Translations under genes and position numbers: made by a program
Notes under the pieces: generated by a model
The model's input: only the letters and a program-made list of their open reading frames with translations
Databases searched by the model: none
What the model was told of the DNA's origin: nothing
Assembly: GCA_963667015.2 (NCBI GenBank)
Contig: CAXXJJ010000004.1
Coordinates: forward strand, 352,001-416,000
Source: Desulfatiglandales bacterium
Lineage (GTDB): Bacteria; Desulfobacterota; DSM-4660; Desulfatiglandales; HGW-15
Direction of reading: 5' to 3'
DNA: 64,000 bases
In this document: positions 60,653 to 64,000 of the stretch, piece by piece
Layout of the letters: each line of letters starts with the position of its first letter
Numbering within the stretch: the first letter of the stretch is position 1

Positions 60653-61918
60653 ATGATTACATTTCCAATTAAAGGCGTAAAATGGTTCCGTGAAATTATA
60701 AATGACCAGCAGCGTCAATTCGGTGTAGAGGCTCATAATGTTTTTCCAGAAAAAAAATTGCCTGTATTACCATACGGAAAAGGTACCAGCATCATAAGAC
60801 TTCCTGAACAACAAAGACTTGTAGAGGATATGGAGTATCATTTCGGAGGTTTGCCAGCCACAAGAATATTTCCTGAAACATATGCTGCCACAATTCAAAA
60901 TGGGACTATTGTAGGGCATAGTGGAATGATTATAACTCCTGATGGTTATCTCATTGCAGAAACTGCCAGCATGACCGGCTTTAGAGACGGTCGTTCTTTT
61001 ATGATTGAGGATTTGAGAAATCCATCTTTCAAGCCTCCTTATCGGGGCCATTTGAACAGCTGGATTCTTTCCGCCGCAAACCCCAATGGCGGATATGCAC
61101 ATCATATGCGTGAAAGTTTTTTTCCTCTGCTCTGGTTTGACAATCATGATATCGATTTAATCCATGTTTCCGAAGGGACAAACGCCGAGCGAATGTATGA
61201 ATTTACTGAACACCTCGGTGTTCCAAAAGAAATGTTTTTGGTTGGAAAGCGAACAGAGACAATTTCGGCTGATCGAGTCTCATTTTTTGCTCCCTGCGCT
61301 GTTCCGCTATATCGTCCTGAAACAGAGGATATGGTCAGAAAATTATTACTGGAGCCATTTAGAAGAGAAGATATAAAACCAACCAAAAAAGTATTCCTTA
61401 AATCTGGAACAAAAACAGCTGGCGCTCATGCCAGAAAAGTTACAGGTATTGATCAGCTTGAACAATTTTTAGAAGAGAAAGGTTTCGAGGTTATTGATCC
61501 TGCGGTTTTCTCCCTGCCGGAAAAGATTGACTTTCTGCAGGAAGTAGAAACAGCATTAATGACATATGGTTCTGCAGGGGCAAACGTTGAGCTTTCATTG
61601 AACTATAAAATGAAAACAATCTCTATTCCAAAGCCTATTTCAATTATTCAAGGTAATATTATGGGGCATAACGGACAGCTTCCTACATATTCCTGCCCTG
61701 TTATATTCCCTGTATATCCTGAATATTGTAAGTATAACGGATATTTAATGACTCAGGAGATGGCTTCGATTTATTACAGCTCAAGACGGCCGACAGGTCA
61801 GTTTTTTCCGCGCCATTCTCCTGACTTTACCAGTAATTTCGGTTTGTCAATTGACATGGATATCTTTAAAAGGTTTTACAATTTTTATGTGGAAAATATA
61901 GAATTACAGGTTCAGTAA
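60653..61918 (+). CDS. Glycosyltransferase family 61 (DUF563)-like protein
   Basis: GYAHHMRE (N-Y-x-H-like), KKVFL...RKV...LE.FLEEKGFEVIDP..FSL.EKI.F......GSAGAN pattern. Confidence 0.65.
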   Translation: MITFPIKGVKWFREIINDQQRQFGVEAHNVFPEKKLPVLPYGKGTSIIRLPEQQRLVEDMEYHFGGLPATRIFPETYAATIQNGTIVGHSGMIITPDGYLIAETASMTGFRDGRSFMIEDLRNPSFKPPYRGHLNSWILSAANPNGGYAHHMRESFFPLLWFDNHDIDLIHVSEGTNAERMYEFTEHLGVPKEMFLVGKRTETISADRVSFFAPCAVPLYRPETEDMVRKLLLEPFRREDIKPTKKVFLKSGTKTAGAHARKVTGIDQLEQFLEEKGFEVIDPAVFSLPEKIDFLQEVETALMTYGSAGANVELSLNYKMKTISIPKPISIIQGNIMGHNGQLPTYSCPVIFPVYPEYCKYNGYLMTQEMASIYYSSRRPTGQFFPRHSPDFTSNFGLSIDMDIFKRFYNFYVENIELQVQ

Positions 61919-61949
61919 CGGCTGGTTCATAAACATCATATGAACTTGT

Positions 61950-63287
61950 TTAAGCGTTTACTCCTATATATTGAATAATTGTATCCGCCATGAAACCCAG
62001 CTTTATTTCACCCATCCCAGGATAAACTCCCACCCAGAGAGCATCTTCTGTGATTCTGTCAGTCTCTTTAAGTGTGCCGGAAATTCTATAGTCAACCCCT
62101 TCCTTAAGAGATTGAAAAAGAGGATGGCGAACTATGTTACCACTAAAAAGATTTCGCGTTTGTATCTTTTTGGACTCAAGGTGTTGGGCAAGTTCATTAC
62201 GGCTTGATTGTAAAGACTTATTAACTATCATTAAAAAACCGAACCAGCTTGGTTCTGCCCATTCATTACACTTTGGGAGTTTTATTAAATGCTTTACAGG
62301 CTGTAATTTATGGCTGAGGATATTGAAGTTATTCTGTCTTGCTTTAGTAAACTCGTTAATCTTATCAAGTTGGATAGTGCCAATTGCCGCCTGTAAATCA
62401 GTAGCTTTGAGATTATAGCCAAAATGGCTGTAAACATATTTATGATCATATCCAAAGGGGAGATCCCCGAATTGTTTTGTAAAACGGCTTCCGCAAGTGT
62501 TATCTTTCCCACTGGAACACCAGCAATCACGGCCCCAGTCTCTCATGCTTAGCATTATTTTTTTTAAAAGAGGGTTTGATGTATAGACAGCACCACCTTC
62601 CCCCATTGTTATATGATGGGGTGGATAAAAACTGCTGGTGCCAATATCTCCAAATGTGCCGGTCAACTGCCCGTCAACCCGTGAACCGAGTGCGTCACAA
62701 TTGTCTTCAATAAGCCAGAGGTTATTTTTTTCGCAAAATGCTTTTACCTTTTTTACGTCAAACGGATTGCCGAGTGTATGAGCAATCATAACAACTTTTG
62801 TTTTGGGAGAAAGTGCTTTGTCCAGTTTGGAAACATCAATGTTGCATGTGTCTGTTTCAATATCCACAAAAACCGGTACAGCTCCATATTGTACAATAGG
62901 TGAGATAGTGGTGGGGAATGCAGCTGCGACAGTAATAACTTCATCTTCCCGTTTTACCTGTCGGTCTTCAAGTAAATGTGATGTCAACGCCATAAATGCA
63001 AGGAGATTAGCCGATGATCCACTGTTTACAAGAAGCGCCCATTTTACGCCTAGGAATGAAGCCAGTTTTTGTTCAAATTGCTGAGAATGACGTCCGTGTG
63101 TAAGCCAGAATTCCAGGGCGCTGTCTACAAGGTTTACCATTTCGCCTTCATCAAAAACTCTACCAGCATAGTTTATTCGGCTCTCTTCAGGAATGAAGGC
63201 GTTTTCCTGCTCGGGTTTATGAACTAAATGGTAGTATTCTTTTACTTTACTGATAATTTCTTGTTTGATTTTTTCTGCTTCATTCAT
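61950..63287 (-). CDS. rfbH: CDP-4-keto-6-deoxyglucose 3-dehydrase (E1; RfbH/DdhC)
   Basis: VNSGSSANL, HTLGNPF, EDNCDALGS, SFYPPHHITMGEGG (His in place of the PLP Lys), DWGRDCWC..G.DNTC, YDHKY.Y.H.GYN. Confidence 0.95.
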   Translation of the reverse strand: MNEAEKIKQEIISKVKEYYHLVHKPEQENAFIPEESRINYAGRVFDEGEMVNLVDSALEFWLTHGRHSQQFEQKLASFLGVKWALLVNSGSSANLLAFMALTSHLLEDRQVKREDEVITVAAAFPTTISPIVQYGAVPVFVDIETDTCNIDVSKLDKALSPKTKVVMIAHTLGNPFDVKKVKAFCEKNNLWLIEDNCDALGSRVDGQLTGTFGDIGTSSFYPPHHITMGEGGAVYTSNPLLKKIMLSMRDWGRDCWCSSGKDNTCGSRFTKQFGDLPFGYDHKYVYSHFGYNLKATDLQAAIGTIQLDKINEFTKARQNNFNILSHKLQPVKHLIKLPKCNEWAEPSWFGFLMIVNKSLQSSRNELAQHLESKKIQTRNLFSGNIVRHPLFQSLKEGVDYRISGTLKETDRITEDALWVGVYPGMGEIKLGFMADTIIQYIGVNA

Positions 63288-63345
63288 TTTTATATTCAAA
63301 TTGTAATTAATTGTCTCTATTTGCTAGATAATCAAAATTGTAATC

Positions 63346-64000
63346 TCAGTTTGCCTGTATTCCCATCTTATCTTTTATCCTGGATTCATATAATTTTAAT
63401 TGATCAGATGAGATGATGTTATCATTAGTATAATACTCTTTATACCATTCTGTGGTGTATTGAATTGTTTCAGAACAATTCAATAGAGGCTTCCATTTTA
63501 AATGCTGCCGGGCCCTGGAACAGTCTAATTTTAGCATCCCAGCTTCATGCGGTTGATCAAATGTTTGTGCAATTTTATAATCCATTGCCGGCCAGACATC
63601 TTTTATCTTTTTAGTAATTTCTTCTACTGTTATGGTTTCTTCATCTGAAGGACCAAAATTCCAGGCCTGTGCGAATTGTTCTTCTCCTTCGATAAGTTTT
63701 TGACCAAGCATTAAATATCCGTGTAATGGTTCAAGCACGTGCTGCCAGGGGCGAATGGATTGTGGATTTCGAATATCGACTGTCTCTTCCTCATGGATAG
63801 CACGCATAATATCAGGAATAAGCCTATCAGTTGCCCAATCCCCGCCTCCTATAACATTTCCTGCACGGGCACTGGATAGAAGGGTTTGGTGAGTTTTGCC
63901 GTAATCTCTTGGATTAAAGAATGATTTTTGCCAGCAGCCGGTTATAATCTCCGCACAACCCTTTGAGGCACTATAGGGGTCGTAGCCTCCAAGCGCATCA
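63346..64000 (-). CDS. rfbG: CDP-glucose 4,6-dehydratase, 3' part (runs off the right edge)
   Basis: The frame stays open to the window end: LGGYDPYSASKGCAE...[43 protein letters not shown]. Confidence 0.95.
   Translation of the reverse strand, partial: DALGGYDPYSASKGCAEIITGCWQKSFFNPRDYGKTHQTLLSSARAGNVIGGGDWATDRLIPDIMRAIHEEETVDIRNPQSIRPWQHVLEPLHGYLMLGQKLIEGEEQFAQAWNFGPSDEETITVEEITKKIKDVWPAMDYKIAQTFDQPHEAGMLKLDCSRARQHLKWKPLLNCSETIQYTTEWYKEYYTNDNIISSDQLKLYESRIKDKMGIQAN

Overview
A 64 kb bacterial chromosomal window. The gene content and protein style suggest Desulfobacterota (deltaproteobacteria); this is inference. From left to right it holds: the 5' end of an unlisted chemoreceptor/sensor-like gene; a MarR-TolC-MFP-RND efflux operon; an HD-GYP/HDOD fusion; ppx-guaB-guaA-glyoxalase II-like; a leftward run of Fe-ADH, kdnA-like aminotransferase, nadE, ilvD and rmlBAC; a chemotaxis cluster (Hpt, STAS, hybrid cheA, cheW, cheB, cheR, M23 peptidase, cheZ, cheY); a c-di-GMP/phosphorelay block (pseudo-kinase, PilZ, REC-HD-GYP, REC-SHOCT, hybrid kinase) interleaved with two flaG paralogues; fliS-fliD-fliC; and a large probable flagellin-glycosylation island running off the right edge. 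That island has TPR glycosyltransferases, neuB/neuC, a YerE-like ThDP enzyme, pyruvyl-transferase/FrhB-like genes, rfbH and rfbG. Reading the intergenic DNA shows six sigma54 and five or six sigma28 promoter motifs, FleQ-like GTCA-N6-TGAC boxes, and a conserved AUGGAG-loop hairpin over three flagellar ribosome-binding sites. The most promising leads are a CheZ with an apparent N-terminal CheW-like domain, a ChpT/Spo0B-like pseudo-kinase in a sigma28-linked c-di-GMP module, a probable Kdo8N (kdnAB-like) gene pair, a branched-sugar plus nonulosonate island beside flagellin, and an RND pump lacking both TM4 proton-relay aspartates. No RNA genes, CRISPR arrays or transposases were seen. All family assignments come from motif recognition by eye, not database searches.
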